From: Nemertoderma westbladi
Taxonomy: Eukaryota; Animalia; Xenacoelomorpha
Assembly (NCBI GenBank): GCA_032718475.1
Contig: JAUCBJ010004666.1
Location: 1-48,312 of the forward strand
Direction: 5' to 3'
Length of the DNA: 48,312 nucleotides
In this document: piece after piece, positions 1-13,374 of the stretch
Layout: every line of letters starts with the position of its first letter
How positions within the stretch are numbered: position 1 is the first letter of the stretch
Translations under genes and position numbers: made by a program
Notes under the pieces: model-generated
Database searches by the model: none
What the model was told of the DNA's origin: nothing
The model's input: the letters and a program-made list of their open reading frames with translations, nothing else

Positions 1-28
1 TACAGAAGGTTAGCTGGCTATAAACGAA

Positions 29-1951
29 CCTGTGTTTGTTATCCCTGTGTTTGTTATCCCTGTGTTTGTTATCCCTGTGTTTGTTATCCCTGTGTTTGTT
101 ATCCCTGTGTTTGTTATCCCTGTGTTTGTTATCCCTGTGTTTGTTATCCCTGTGTTTGTTATCCCTGTATTTGTTATCCCTGTGTTTGTTATCCCTGTGT
201 TTGTTATCCCTGTGTTTGTTATCCCTGTATTTGTTATCCCTGTATTTGTTATCCCTGTATTTGTTATCCCTGTGTTTGTTATCCCTGTGTTTGTTATCCC
301 TGTGTTTGTTATCCCTGTATTTGTTATCCCTGTATTTGTTATCCCTGTATTTGTTATCCCTGTATTTGTTATCCCTGTATTTGTTATCCCTGTATTTGTT
401 ATCCCTGTGTTTGTTATCCCTGTATTTGTTATCCCTGTATTTGTTATCCCTGTGTTTGTTATCCCTGTGTTTGTTATCCCTGTGTTTGTTATCCCTGTGT
501 TTGTTATCCCTGTGTTTGTTATCCCTGTGTTTGTTATCCCTGTGTTTGTTATCCCTGTGTTTGTTATCCCTGTGTTTGTTATCCCTGTGTTTGTTATCCC
601 TGTGTTTGTTATCCCTGTGTTTGTTATCCCTGTGTTTGTTATCCCTGTGTTTGTTATCCCTGTATTTGTTATCCCTGTGTTTGTTATCCCTGTATTTGTT
701 ATCCCTGTGTTTGTTATCCCTGTGTTTGTTATCCCTGTGTTTGTTATCCCTGTGTTTGTTATCCCTGTGTTTGTTATCCCTGTGTTTGTTATCCCTGTGT
801 TTGTTATCCCTGTGTTTGTTATCCCTGTGTTTGTTATCCCTGTATTTGTTATCCCTGTATTTGTTATCCCTGTATTTGTTATCCCTGTGTTTGTTATCCC
901 TGTGTTTGTTATCCCTGTGTTTGTTATCCCTGTGTTTGTTATCCCTGTATTTGTTATCCCTGTGTTTGTTATCCCTGTATTTGTTATCCCTGTATTTGTT
1001 ATCCCTGTGTTTGTTATCCCTGTGTTTGTTATCCCTGTGTTTGTTATCCCTGTGTTTGTTATCCCTGTGTTTGTTATCCCTGTATTTGTTATCCCTGTGT
1101 TTGTTATCCCTGTGTTTGCTATCCCTGTGTTTGTTATCCCTGTGTTTGTTATCCCTGTGTTTGTTATCCCTGTGTTTGTTATCCCTGTATTTGTTATCCC
1201 TGTATTTGTTATCCCTGTATTTGTTATCCCTGTATTTGTTATCCCTGTGTTTGTTATCCTTGTATTTGTTATCCCTGTGTTTGTTATCCCTGTATTTGTT
1301 ATCCCTGTATTTGTTATCCCTGTATTTGTTATCCCTGTATTTGTTATCCCTGTGTTTGTTATCCCTGTGTTTGTTATCCCTGTGTTTGTTATCCCTGTAT
1401 TTGTTATCCCTGTATTTGTTATCCCTGTATTTGTTATCCCTGTATTTGTTATCCCTGTGTTTGTTATCCTTGTATTTGTTATCCCTGTGTTTGTTATCCC
1501 TGTATTTGTTATCCCTGTATTTGTTATCCCTGTATTTGTTATCCCTGTATTTGTTATCCCTGTGTTTGTTATCCCTGTGTTTGTTATCCCTGTGTTTGTT
1601 ATCCCTGTATTTGTTATCCCTGTGTTTGTTATCCCTGTATTTGTTATCCCTGTATTTGTTATCCCTGTGTTTGTTATCCCTGTGTTTGTTATCCCTGTGT
1701 TTGTTATCCCTGTGTTTGTTATCCCTGTGTTTGTTATCCCTGTGTTTGTTATCCCTGTGTTTGTTATCCCTGTGTTTGTTATCCCTGTATTTGTTATCCC
1801 TGTGTTTGTTATCCCTGTGTTTGTTATCCCTGTGTTTGTTATCCCTGTGTTTGTTATCCCTGTGGTTGTTATCCCTGTGTTTGTTATCCCTGTGTTTGTT
1901 ATCCCTGTGTTTGTTATCCCTGTGTTTGTTATCCCTGTGTTTGTTATCCCC
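29..1951. repeat. 15-bp tandem satellite, unit CCCTGT(G/A)TTTGTTAT, ~128 copies
   Basis: Exact 15-bp periodicity with one main G/A polymorphic site and a few rare variants. The VFVIP and LLSLC ORFs are its translation. Confidence 0.98.
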
Positions 1952-3199
1952 GTATTATTATTTGTATCTAATTAGAATAAATTCTTCGAATATATCGACC
2001 CTCATATTTGAGACACATTCTGCGCCAACAAAGGTAAAATACTAAACAACAATGAAAAAATACCAAATATCATTCGTTAAATACTAAAACTGAAAACAAA
2101 TTGAAAACACACTGAAATTGGTGGTGAAAATATTTAGCAGAGTGAAACTTAACTTCCACATTATTCAATTAAACATTTTGCAATTTGAAATTGAAATAAT
2201 AAAAAAAAATGTTATACGTATTTGGCCCCGGGAACAATTATTTTAGGTGAAAATCATGTGACACATTCTAATATTTCAAAATCCCAAACAAACATAGAAA
2301 ACGAGAATATTTATCAGTAACTTAAGTAACTTAAACAGTAACATAAACAGTAAGTTTTGCACTGCGTTACTTCAATGGTTGTTGTTTAGATTTTGAACGT
2401 TTTCTTAAAGATTCTCTCATCAGGACAGAAATAGTTAACAATAACATTGTCAATATGAATTCTCCGCCGGTTAACTGTAAACTTAATATCTAAGGGCCTC
2501 AAACGAGCAATTATTTTTAATACTAAAAATTCTATATTTAACATATTCTAGAAATTTGTAGCAAAGTTATGTTGCGGAATAAAAGTTGCGTGTGAGGAGA
2601 GACTAATCCAACGGCTACATACCGCTACACCTACACGTTCCGGTAAACCGGATGGGCCTACACATCTGACTGGTGATTCTCAATTATATTGAGTTTACTA
2701 CAATGTTTCGTATCTCTCGTTTATTGTTTTGGTTTCTTTCAACTTTCGATTACAAATTTAATTGAGGCGTTCCTTATTTTTTCACCTTTTCAGTTACCCC
2801 TCTGATACAATCACCCCGATATACAATAAGTTAAACAACGGAATACTAACGGAACAACATTTAGCATTTAGTATTATATACCCCTGCCACACCCCTGTTT
2901 ATAGACCAACAAGTAAAGCTTCACAAGATATAAAACATACAAGGTAAGTACTGCGTACCAACACAGGAAAACTCGCAAACAACCAACATAGAACTTTGTA
3001 ACGAGATTAAGTGTTGCCACATAAAACATGCGACACCTCAAATTACAGTGAAATAAATATATATTGTAATTATATGAAGGCTGAAATTATAAACATGGAC
3101 CTGATGGCTAAATAATCGTTGCGCATCAAACATTGTGCCGCCACCGCAATAAAACATGCAATTCAATATTTCTCTATGCTTTGGTACAAAGGGAAGGAA

Positions 3200-3232
3200 G
3201 GGGGGGGGGGAGGGGGCGGGGGGGGGGGGGGC
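3200..3232 (+). other. Interrupted poly-G tract with G-quadruplex potential
   Basis: GGGGGGGGGGGAGGGGGCGGGGGGGGGGGGGG lies in AT-rich flanks. Confidence 0.7.
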
Positions 3233-3316
3233 AGGAAATTCGTATTTCTATTTTCAGTGGGAAATAAAATTCGGCAACTCCTTATAGTTTGATATATTTT
3301 ATTATCTATAGGTAAG

Positions 3317-4854
3317 TACAGTGGATGAGATCCGAACACGGCCGCCATTCCTACGATACTTTAGGTTACAGTGGATGAGATCCGAACACGGCCGCCATTC
3401 CTACGATACTTTAGGTTACAGTGGATGAGATCCGAACACGGCCGCCATTCCTACGATACTTTAGGTTACAGTGGATGAGATCCGAACACGGCCGCCATTC
3501 CTACGATACTTTAGGTTACAGTGGATGAGATCCGAACACGGCCGCCATTCCTACGATACTTTAGGTTACAGTGGATGAGATCCGAACACGGCCGCCATTC
3601 CTACGATACTTTAGGTTACAGTGGATGAGATCCGAACACGGCCGCCATTCCTACGATACTTTAGGTTACAGTGGATGAGATCCGAACACGGCCGCCATTC
3701 CTACGATACTTTAGGTTACAGTGGATGAGATCCGAACACGGCCGCCATTCCTACGATACTTTAGGTTACAGTGGATGAGATCCGAACACGGCCGCCATTC
3801 CTACGATACTTTAGGTTACAGTGGATGAGATCCGAACACGGCCGCCATTCCTACGATACTTTAGGTTACAGTGGATGAGATCCGAACACGGCCGCCATTC
3901 CTACGATACTTTAGGTTACAGTGGATGAGATCCGAACACGGCCGCCATTCCTACGATACTTTAGGTTACAGTGGATGAGATCCGAACACGGCCGCCATTC
4001 CTACGATACTTTAGGTTACAGTGGATGAGATCCGAACACGGCCGCCATTCCTACGATACTTTAGGTCACAGTGGATGAGATCCGAACACGGCCGCCATTC
4101 CTACGATACTTTAGGTTACAGTGGATGAGATCCGAACACGGCCGCCATTCCTACGATACTTTAGGTTACAGTGGATGAGATCCGAACACGGCCGCCATTC
4201 CTACGATACTTTAGGTTACAGTGGATGAGATCCGAACACGGCCGCCATTCCTACGATACTTTAGGTTACAGTGGATGAGATCCGAACACGGCCGCCATTC
4301 CTACGATACTTTAGGTTACAGTGGATGAGATCCGAACACGGCCGCCATTCCTACGATACTTTAGGTTACAGTGGATGAGATCCGAACACGGCCGCCATTC
4401 CTACGATACTTTAGGTTACAGTGGATGAGATCCGAACACGGCCGCCATTCCTACGATACTTTAGGTTACAGTGGATGAGATCCGAACACAGCCGCCATTC
4501 CTACGATACTTTAGGTTACAGTGGATGAGATCCGAACACGGCCGCCATTCCTACGATACTTTAGGTTACAGTGGATGAGATCCGAACACGGCCGCCATTC
4601 CTACGATACTTTAGGTCACAGTGGATGAGATCCGAACACGGCCGCCATTCCTACGATACTTTAGGTTACAGTGGATGAGATCCGAACACGGCCGCCATTC
4701 CTACGATACTTTAGGTTACAGTGGATGAGATCCGAACACGGCCGCCATTCCTACGATACTTTAGGTTACAGTGGATGAGATCCGAACACGGCCGCCATTC
4801 CTACGATACTTTAGGTTACAGTGGATGAGATCCGAACACGGCCGCCATTCCTAC
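3317..4854. repeat. 50-bp tandem minisatellite, unit TACAGTGGATGAGATCCGAACACGGCCGCCATTCCTACGATACTTTAGGT, ~31 copies
   Basis: Near-perfect 50-bp period. I see only three substitutions (about 4067, 4490 and 4617). There are no spacers. Confidence 0.98.
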
Positions 4855-4911
4855 ACCGAATGTAAATAAACAAAATATAAATACAAAAGGAAACTAGTAA
4901 ATATAGGAGAA

Positions 4912-6837
4912 TTACAAACTCTGATCGCGGCAGTTTACCGGGTAAAGTAACGCCAAGTTTTCAGCACCTTTAATATTTAACATCCGGCTGGAATAATATT
5001 TAATCATCTCGGGTATCGAGGGGAACGGCCGACTGAACTGACCCAAAACGTAGGAATCACCCCGACACACAATCTTCATGTGCATAAAACCTTTGTTGTT
5101 CTTTATGGACAGGGAGTAGTCCTGTTTTGAGCTCTCCGAGTTCCGTACCAGGTAGCTGCACTCCTTGCACAACCGCAAGGAACTCTCGGCGTCCGTACGA
5201 CTTATGTAACCATGGTACCACTGCTGTTTGTCCAACGGGACGGCAGTATCGACCGGCTCCCCCACCAGTTTGGCGATCTTCTCCCCCGATTTACTGCGTC
5301 TCGTCTTCCCGACTCGGTGGGGCTGTCTACCGGTACCGGCACCGCGGTCCTCGCCCTCCAGATGGGCCGACAGCTGGCGGTGGAACTCCCAGGGGGTGTC
5401 GTACTGGTCGCTGGGCCGGTCGTCCTGGCTGCTGGAACGCAGACCCATCGGGGCCGACTGGTTGCGGGACTTATTGGGGGCCGGAACGTCCCACGGATTA
5501 TCGTATTCGGATTCCGGACGGAAATCCTCGACAACTCGACCGGCTGTAGAGTATCGGTCAGCGGTAGAGAAGTTATTCCTATTGGTAAGGGTAACGGAAT
5601 TCACATTGTTAACGACCTCATCTCTCCCAAATCTGCTTTCTATTTCACTACCTTGGTTTCTACCATCTTTCCTCCCTTTCTGACCCCTCCCCTGCACCCT
5701 CTCGCTTCTACCCTGCACCCTCCCACGCCCACCCTCCCCTCCCCTGCCTCTACCCTCCTCCAACCTTCCCAACAGTGTCCCCCCATCCCCGGACTTATTG
5801 ATTAGATCCCAGGGTTGGCAGTACTCCCCTTCAGGGCGCTCATCCCCCGGCCCCTTCAACGCCTTGCTAACCTCGTAGGTGGTATCGTAGCAGACGGCGT
5901 CATCAGTCTGCTCAGGGAGGTCAGCCAACCCAACCGGTGTGTTAACGCTGTCATACGGAGCATCGTAAACACCGGGAGTAAAGTCGTCCCCGTCGCCAGT
6001 TCGGTAACGATCGTCTACGTCGCTACTGTTGAATCGAACATCCCAGGGAGTATCGTACTGACCGCCTTGTCCATCCTCCTCCTCTTCCTTCCGTTTGGCT
6101 GGATACTCGAGACTCGTCTGGGTGGCCGCGGAAGGTGAGTTGCGTTGCTTGCGGCAGGCGTCGGCTATGGGATCCGGGATCCGCGTGTCTATACTCAGCG
6201 TCCAGTCCTCGTCGGTGGGCGTCTGAGCGGCTGCGTTGTACAACCCCGTGATGTCGCCACTCAAGGGGGAGTTGTCGTCCATTCGAATGTTAAGCCGTCG
6301 TCTCGCCTCATCCGATAACATATAACCAAAGGCCAACTCGTCCTCCAGATCGCGGTCTGTGGGGCATTCCTTGTTGACCCTCGGTAAAGTTCCGTCTCCC
6401 TCCAAAGACCCGGAACTTTGTTCAGATAGGTTTCTATGTTTAACGAAAGTTCCGTCATCGCAAGGCAAGAAAACCGCATCAGATGGCTGCGAATAGTTTG
6501 CCACTTCGACGGGTTGTTTACGTTCTGATTTAGCAAGAAATGGTCCGGGATAAGTAGCGAAGTCGGAATCAGTTTTAGAGTCGTCGCTATTGGCAGTGAC
6601 TGGGCGTCCGTCGTTCCAAGAATCGCTGGTTGAACTCACATCCCCGATGGAGTGGCGCTTTGAGACAGCGGAGCCAATATCGGGACTCGGAGTTGGACTC
6701 CCGAAAATATTCATATCGTAAAATGGGTTACCGAGACCATTACCGCCGCTCGAGGTTGGTGATTGATAATCAGGAACAGGGATGGGGGGAGGTGGCTCCG
6801 TCTTCTTCCCTTTAAAATGTCTAAATAATTTCGACAT
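4912..6837 (-). CDS. SHB/SHF/SHD/SHE-family SH2-domain adaptor protein, 641 aa, single coding exon
   Basis: C-terminal SH2 domain (PLDKQQWYHGYISRTDAE..L....ECSYLVRNSESSKQDYSLSIK...GFMHMKI...YVLGQFSRPF.SIPEMIKYY...L.IKGAE...LLYPV). Repeated YxxP(W/Y)(D/E) motifs (YDTPWD, YDAPYD, YCQPWD, YDNPWD, YDTPWE) and an N-terminal PPPPIPVPDY motif are typical of SHB-like proteins. The first ATG is at 6837 (MSKLFRHF). Confidence 0.9.
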   Translation of the reverse strand: MSKLFRHFKGKKTEPPPPIPVPDYQSPTSSGGNGLGNPFYDMNIFGSPTPSPDIGSAVSKRHSIGDVSSTSDSWNDGRPVTANSDDSKTDSDFATYPGPFLAKSERKQPVEVANYSQPSDAVFLPCDDGTFVKHRNLSEQSSGSLEGDGTLPRVNKECPTDRDLEDELAFGYMLSDEARRRLNIRMDDNSPLSGDITGLYNAAAQTPTDEDWTLSIDTRIPDPIADACRKQRNSPSAATQTSLEYPAKRKEEEEDGQGGQYDTPWDVRFNSSDVDDRYRTGDGDDFTPGVYDAPYDSVNTPVGLADLPEQTDDAVCYDTTYEVSKALKGPGDERPEGEYCQPWDLINKSGDGGTLLGRLEEGRGRGGEGGRGRVQGRSERVQGRGQKGRKDGRNQGSEIESRFGRDEVVNNVNSVTLTNRNNFSTADRYSTAGRVVEDFRPESEYDNPWDVPAPNKSRNQSAPMGLRSSSQDDRPSDQYDTPWEFHRQLSAHLEGEDRGAGTGRQPHRVGKTRRSKSGEKIAKLVGEPVDTAVPLDKQQWYHGYISRTDAESSLRLCKECSYLVRNSESSKQDYSLSIKNNKGFMHMKIVCRGDSYVLGQFSRPFPSIPEMIKYYSSRMLNIKGAENLALLYPVNCRDQSL

Positions 6838-7562
6838 TATACAGTTATAAATGAATGAAAATAGATTACGCCTACCGGAACGGCAACCAGGCAACGGCAG
6901 ACCGATTATTTATTACCGTACAGTCAGACTGTCAGACAGTACTGAGGTTGGAGTACGGCAGTATGGTACGTTTCTCCAGTCTGCCATTAGGTCTACTGTA
7001 TAATTACTTCCGGTACTCAGTAGCTCAGTACCGGTACTAGACAATAGACTGGAAGACTATAATTGCAATATTTATATTTGTTTAACCAGGGGCCCTCCTA
7101 CCTGTCCTAGATTTTACTCCTATCAGGGCAGCAGGGCGCAGTTACTGGCAGACTGGTAGCTTGGTGGCTATCAGGCTGTCGGGATCAGGTTATCATTGCA
7201 CTGTCTGACACTGACTAGTGACTGTACTGCTGTACAGCTGTATCCCAATATTGAGTACCTAGGACTATCCAGTATCAGCTAACATGAGCAGATGAGGCTA
7301 TCACTGTATCAGTTTCATCAGTCAGTCCGTGGTCCGGTACTGCAGTACTGCGGTAGGCCTTTATAGCTACATCTGTACATGTTTAGGCAGGCAGATAGGC
7401 CTATGTCACGTATGTTGGTATGTCAGTATGATTGTATTTACGGGTATATCTTTTGCGTAGGGTCTAGAGGCTGTAGAGGTACAGCCTACATGCCTATCCA
7501 TGTAGGTTGGTGTAGCCTACATGCAACATGTAGACTAGAAGCACGTGTAGACTGTAGGTGGT

Positions 7563-8110
7563 GATCTGGTGAGAGTACCTGCGCTTCTGTGTAACAATAT
7601 AACAATCCAATGCCAGCAACAATTACCTCTGGTATTCCATAAGCTCTTAGGATTTCAAGCATTTTACCTCTATGGATGGAGTCGAATGCCTTCTTGAAGT
7701 CCACAAAAGTCATGACGGCAGGGAGATTCTTTGACTTAATTCCTTCAATCAGTCTCCGTAGTGCAAGTATCTGAGCTATTGTTGATCTACTTGGTCGAAA
7801 TCCGTTTTGGCTCTTACGCAGTAGTTTCTCTATGTGAGGCCTAATCCTATAGAGAATCATTTTATTGTATAATTTGGCAGCTACCACAAGCAGACAGATC
7901 CCATGATAGTTTGTTGGTATACCGAGGTCTCCTTTCTTGGGGGAGAGGCTTTAGTTGACCTTTAGTCCAAATTGGTGGTGGCTTTTCCCCTTTTAACATC
8001 CGGTTGCAAACATTCAATAATGGTCTGTTTAGCACTCCGGTTTTCCATACCTCCGCTGGGATTTCATCTAATCCACTCGCTTTATTATTGGACATGCTTT
8101 TAATGCTTCT
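7563..8110 (-). mobile_element. Decayed non-LTR retrotransposon (RTE-like) reverse transcriptase fragment, N-terminal RT motifs
   Basis: KASGLDEIPAEVWK, then a frameshift, then KLYNKMILYRIRP...QNGFRPSRSTIAQILALRRLIE...FVDFKKAFDSIHRGKMLEILRAYGIP. It is truncated after AQVLSPD. Confidence 0.9.
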
Positions 8111-8145
8111 TTGGAGTGCGGCAGGTGACTGTAACTTTTAGACGA

Positions 8146-8960
8146 CTAAATAACGTGTGGTGTAAGTGTACTATTTATTTCGGATCTATAAAAGACAAAC
8201 TTTCTTGCTGTCTCGGGTTTATTTAAAACAACACCTTTACTTTTTTCAAAACTATTACATATAGTACTATTATTATCTAAAACTGACATTAACATATTAT
8301 AACCCGGCGTTTTCTCGCTATAACACAGATCCAGTACTTGGTGAATTGGTAAATTACGACTCTTACAGTTCAGTAGTTTTCGTATGTAATTTTTCCTATT
8401 TTTATTTATGATGTCAAGCAATCTTGGGAAACCACTTTCAATAAAGCATAAATCATTGGGTGTCTGCTGTCTGACTGATAGTATAACTTTAATCATTTTC
8501 ATGTATAATCTCTAAAGATTTGACATTATCAGTTAACCACGATTCACTAGCGTAAAGCATCGATGAAATTACGCGTTAGCACTTGCTTTTTAAAAATGAA
8601 AGGAACATTACAATTTTTACTACAGAAAATAATAAACTTATTCATCGTGTCTAGACACTTTTCATGTAGCTTCAAAACGCTAGACATTCTACCATCACCC
8701 GTAAATATTGACCCTAGGAACGTATAATTGTTACAGTACGAAATAATTAAATCATCAACGCATAGATCATATTTATCTATCATTTTACCATTTATTACAA
8801 AATACTTTTGTTTTATTGGCGTTAATATACGCATACCATATTCTTGGCAATATTGCTGTAGGACTTATATTTTACCAACGCAGTTCTCAATGGTAGTGGA
8901 CAGTATCACGGTGTCGTCCATTAATAGTAGAACTTGAAGCGTTCCTAAAAAAACACATTC
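8146..8960 (-). mobile_element. Second decayed non-LTR retrotransposon fragment (catalytic motif and C-terminal part of RT)
   Basis: Manual minus-strand translation from ~8960 gives FLGTLQVLLLMDDTVILST...*VLQQYCQEYGMRI, then YTFLGSIFTGDG and ILSVRQQTPNDLCFIESG. It has an LMDD catalytic motif, stops and frameshifts. Confidence 0.8.
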
Positions 8961-9081
8961 AAAATTTCCAAAAATTTTCTCGAATCGTATATTTGAGTTC
9001 CATAATCGTGATCAGTGTCCAAAAACCGCTATATACCGCAAATAAATTAATTTTAGTGAACTATAAAAACTTTTAAATTTT

Positions 9082-12000
9082 AGCACGATAAATACTGGAG
9101 ATGGATGCCCGTAAGGGACCACAGCACGAAAATACTGGAGATGGATGCCCGTAAGGGACCACAGCACGAAAATACTGGAGATGTGTGCCAGAAAGGGACT
9201 ACAGCACGAAAATACTGGAGATGGATGCCCGTAAGGGACCACAGCACGAAAATACTGGAGATGGATGCACGTAAGGGACCACAACACGAAAATACTGGAG
9301 ATGGATGCCCGTAAGGGACCACAGCACGAAAATACTGGAGATGGATGCCCGTAAGGGACCACAGCACGAAAATACTGGAGATGGATGCACGTAAGGGACC
9401 ACAGCACGAAAATACTGGAGATGGATGCCCGTAAGGGACCACAGCACGAAAATACTGGAGATGGATGCCCGTAAGGGAGCACAGCACGAAAATACTGGAG
9501 ATGGATGCCCGTAAGGGACCACAGCACGAAAATACTGGAGATGGATGCCCGTAAGGGACCAAAGCACGAAAATACTGGAGATGGATGCCCGTAAGGGACC
9601 ACAGCACGAAAATACTGGAGATGGATGCCCGTAAGGGACCACAGCACGAAAATATTGGAGATGGATGCCCGTAAGGGACCACAGCACGAAAATACTGGAG
9701 ATGGATGCCCGTAAGGGACCACAGCACGAAAATACTGGAGATGGATGTCCGTAAGGGACCACAGCACGAAAATACTGGAGATGGATGCCCGTAAGGGACC
9801 ACAGCACGAAAATACTGGAGATGGATGCCCGTAAGGGACCACAGCACGAAAATACTGGAGATGGATGACCGTAAGGGACCACAGCACGAAAATACTGGAG
9901 ATGGATGCCCGTAAGGGACCACAGCACGAAAATACTGGAGATGGATGCCCGTAAGGGACCACAGCACGAAAATACTGGAGATGGATGCCCATAAGGGACC
10001 ACAGCACGAAAATACTGGACATGGATGACCGTAAGGGACCACAGCACGAAAATACTGGAGATGGATGTCCGTAAGGGACCACAGCACGAAAATACTGGAG
10101 ATGGATGCCCGTAAGGGACCACAGCACGAAAATACTGGAGATGTGTGCAAGAAAGGGACTACAGCACGAAAATACTGGAGATGTGTGCCCGTAAGGGACC
10201 ACAGCACGAAAATACTGGAGATGGATGCCCGTAAGGGACCACAGCCGAAAATACTGGAGATGGATGCCCATAAGGGACCACAGCACGAAAATACTGGAGA
10301 TGGATGCCCGTAAGGGACCACAGCACGAAAATACTGGAGATGGATACCCGTAAGGGACCACAGCACGAAAATACTGGAGATGTGTGCCAGAAAGGGACTA
10401 CAGCACGAAAATACTGGAGATGGATGCCCGTAAGGGACCACAGCACGAAAATACTGGAGATGGATGCACGTAAGGGACCACAACACGAAAATACTGGAGA
10501 TGGATGCCCGTAAGGGACCACAGCACGAAAATACTGGAGATGGATGCCCGTAAGGGACCACAGCACGAAAATACTGGAGATGGATGCACGTAAGGGACCA
10601 CAGCACGAAAATACTGGAGATGGATGCCCGTAAGGGACCACAGCACGAAAATACTGGAGATGGATGCCCGTAAGGGAGCACAGCACGAAAATACTGGAGA
10701 TGGATGCCCGTAAGGGACCACAGCACGAAAATACTGGAGATGGATGCCCGTAAGGGACCACAGCACGAAAATACTGGAGATGGATGCCCGTAAGGGACCA
10801 CAGCACGAAAATACTGGAGATGGATGCCCGTAAGGGACCACAGCACGAAAATACTGGAGATGGATGCCCGTAAGGGACCACAGCACGAAAATACTGGAGA
10901 TGGATGCCCGTAAGGGACCACAGCCGAAAATACTGGAGATGGATGACCGTAAGGGACCACAGCACGAAAATACTGGAGATGGATGTCCGTAAGGGACCAC
11001 AGCACGAAAATACTGGAGATGGATGCCCGTAAGGGACCACAGCACGAAAATACTGGAGATGGATGCCCGTAAGGGACCACAGCACGAAAATACTGGAGAT
11101 GGATGACCGTAAGGGAGAACAGCACGAAAATACTGGAGATGGATGCCCGTAAGGGACCACAGCACGAAAATACTGGAGATGGATGCCCGTAAGGGACCAC
11201 AGCACGAAAATACTGGAGATGGATGCCCATAAGGGACCACAGCACGAAAATACTGGACATGGATGACCGTAAGGGACCACAGCACGAAAATACTGGAGAT
11301 GGATGTCCGTAAGGGACCACAGCACGAAAATACTGGAGATGGATGCCCGTAAGGGACCACAGCACGAAAATACTGGAGATGTGTGCAAGAAAGGGACTAC
11401 AGCACGAAAATACTGGAGATGTGTGCCCGTAAGGGACCACAGCACGAAAATACTGGAGATGGATGCCCGTAAGGGACCACAGCCGAAAATACTGGAGATG
11501 GATGCCCATAAGGGACCACAGCACGAAAATACTGGAGATGGATGCCCGTAAGGGACCACAGCACGAAAATACTGGAGATGAATACCCGTAAGGGACCACA
11601 GCACGAAAATACTGGAGATGGATGCCCGTAAGGGACCACAGCACGAAAATAGTGGAGATGGATGCCCGTAAGGGACCACAGCACGAAAATACTGGAGAAG
11701 GATGCCCGTAAGGGACCACAGCACGAAAATACTGGAGAAGGATGCCCGTAAGGGACCACAGCACGAAAATACTGGAGATGGATGCCAGAAAGGGACCACA
11801 GCACGAAAATACTGGAGATGGATGTCCGTAAGGGAGCACAGCACGAAAATACTGGAGATGGATGCCCGTAAGGGACCACAGCACGAAAATACTGGAGATG
11901 GATGCCCGTAAGGGACCACAGCACGAAGATACTGGAGATGGATGTCCGTAAGGGAGCACAGCACGAAAATACTGGAGATGGATGCCCATAAGGGACCACA

Positions 12001-13368
12001 GCACGAAAATACTGGAGATGTGTGCAAGAAAGGGACTACAGCACGAAAATACTGGAGATGGATGCCCGTAAGGGACAACAGCACGAAAATACTGGAGATG
12101 GATGCCCGTAAGGGACCACAGCACGAAAATACTGGAGATGGATGCCCGTAAGGGACCACAGCACGAAAATACTGGAGATGAATACCCGTAAGGGACCACA
12201 GCACGAAAATACTGGAGATGAATGCCCGTAAGGGACCACAGCACGAAAATACTGGAGATGTGTGCAAGAAAGGGACTACAGCACGAAAATACTGGAGATG
12301 TGTGCCCGTAAGGGACCACAGCACGAAAATACTGGAGATGGATGCCCGTAAGGGACCACAGCACGAAAATACTGGAGATGGATGCCCGTAAGGGACCACA
12401 GCACGAAAATACTGGAGATGGATGTCCGTAAGGGAGCACAGCACGAAAATACTGGAGATGGATGCCCATAAGGGACCACAGCACGAAAATACTGGAGATG
12501 TGTGCAAGAAAGGGACTACAGCACGAAAATACTGGAGATGGATGCCCGTAAGGGACAACAGCACGAAAATACTGGAGATGGAAGCCCGTAAGGGACCACA
12601 GCACGAAAATACTGGAGATGGATGCCCGTAAGGGACCACAGCACGAAAATACTGGAGATGAATACCCGTAAGGGACCACAGCACGAAAATACTGGAGATG
12701 AATGCCCGTAAGGGACCACAGCACGAAAATACTGGAGATGTGTGCAAGAAAGGGACTACAGCACGAAAATACTGGAGATGTGTGCCCGTAAGGGACCACA
12801 GCACGAAAATACTGGAGATGGATGCCCGTAAGGGACCACAGCCGAAAATACTGGAGATGGATGCCCATAAGGGACCACAGCACGAAAATACTGGAGATGG
12901 ATGCCCGTAAGGGACCACAGCACGAAAATACTGGAGATGAATACCCGTAAGGGACCACAGCACGAAAATACTGGAGATGGATGCCCGTAAGGGACAACAG
13001 CACGAAAATAGTGGAGATGGATGCCCGTAAGGGACCACAGCACGAAAATAGTGGAGATGGATGCCCATAAGGGACCACAGCACGAAAATACTGGAGATGG
13101 ATGCCCGTAAGGGACCACAGCACGAAAATACTGGAGATGAATACCCGTAAGGGACCACAGCACGAAAATACTGGAGATGGATGCCCGTAAGGGACAACAG
13201 CACGAAAATAGTGGAGATGGATGCCCGTAAGGGACCACAGCACGAAAATAGTGGAGATGGATGCCCGTAAGGGACCACAGCACGAAAATACTGGAGAAGG
13301 ATGCCCGTAAGGGACCACAGCACGAAAATACTGGAGATGTGTGCAAGAAAGGGACTACAGCACGAAAA
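9082..13368. repeat. 40-bp tandem satellite, unit GCACGAAAATACTGGAGATGGATGCCCGTAAGGGACCACA, ~107 copies with higher-order blocks
   Basis: 40-bp period. Recurring variants (TGTGC(C/A)AGAAAGGGACT, 39-bp CAGCCGAAAA, GAATACCC) repeat at about 1.2-kb and 480-bp spacings. Confidence 0.98.
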
Positions 13369-13374
13369 CTAACA

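Noticed and set aside
32-2045. 647-aa and 669-aa ORFs (VFVIP and LLSLC repeats)
   Set aside because: These are stop-free translations of a 15-bp satellite with non-ATG starts and no unique domain.
2219-2232. TATTTGGCCCCGGG as the left partner of the piggyBac-like end at 13535
   Set aside because: The match is short and imperfect, lacks the TTAACCC terminus, and lies 11 kb away across a host gene.
3163-3348. Poly-proline ORF
   Set aside because: It is the translation of the poly-G tract plus one satellite unit.
29-4854. Telomeric repeat interpretation of the left-end arrays
   Set aside because: There is no tandem TTAGGG or TTAGG. TTAGG occurs only once per 50-bp unit, and the 15-bp array is preceded by unique sequence.
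5127-6815. Overlapping and antisense ORFs inside the SH2 gene (likewise those inside gag and PBDC1)
   Set aside because: They are shadows of GC-rich coding sequence with no recognisable motifs.
6838-6894. 19-aa N-terminal extension of the SH2 ORF
   Set aside because: It relies on a non-ATG start. The first ATG at 6837 precedes the family-like N-terminal motif.
9012-13346. ORFs of up to 1412 aa on the minus strand
   Set aside because: All three frames are open because the 40-bp unit lacks stops. The period is not a multiple of 3, and 1-bp indel variants are tolerated.
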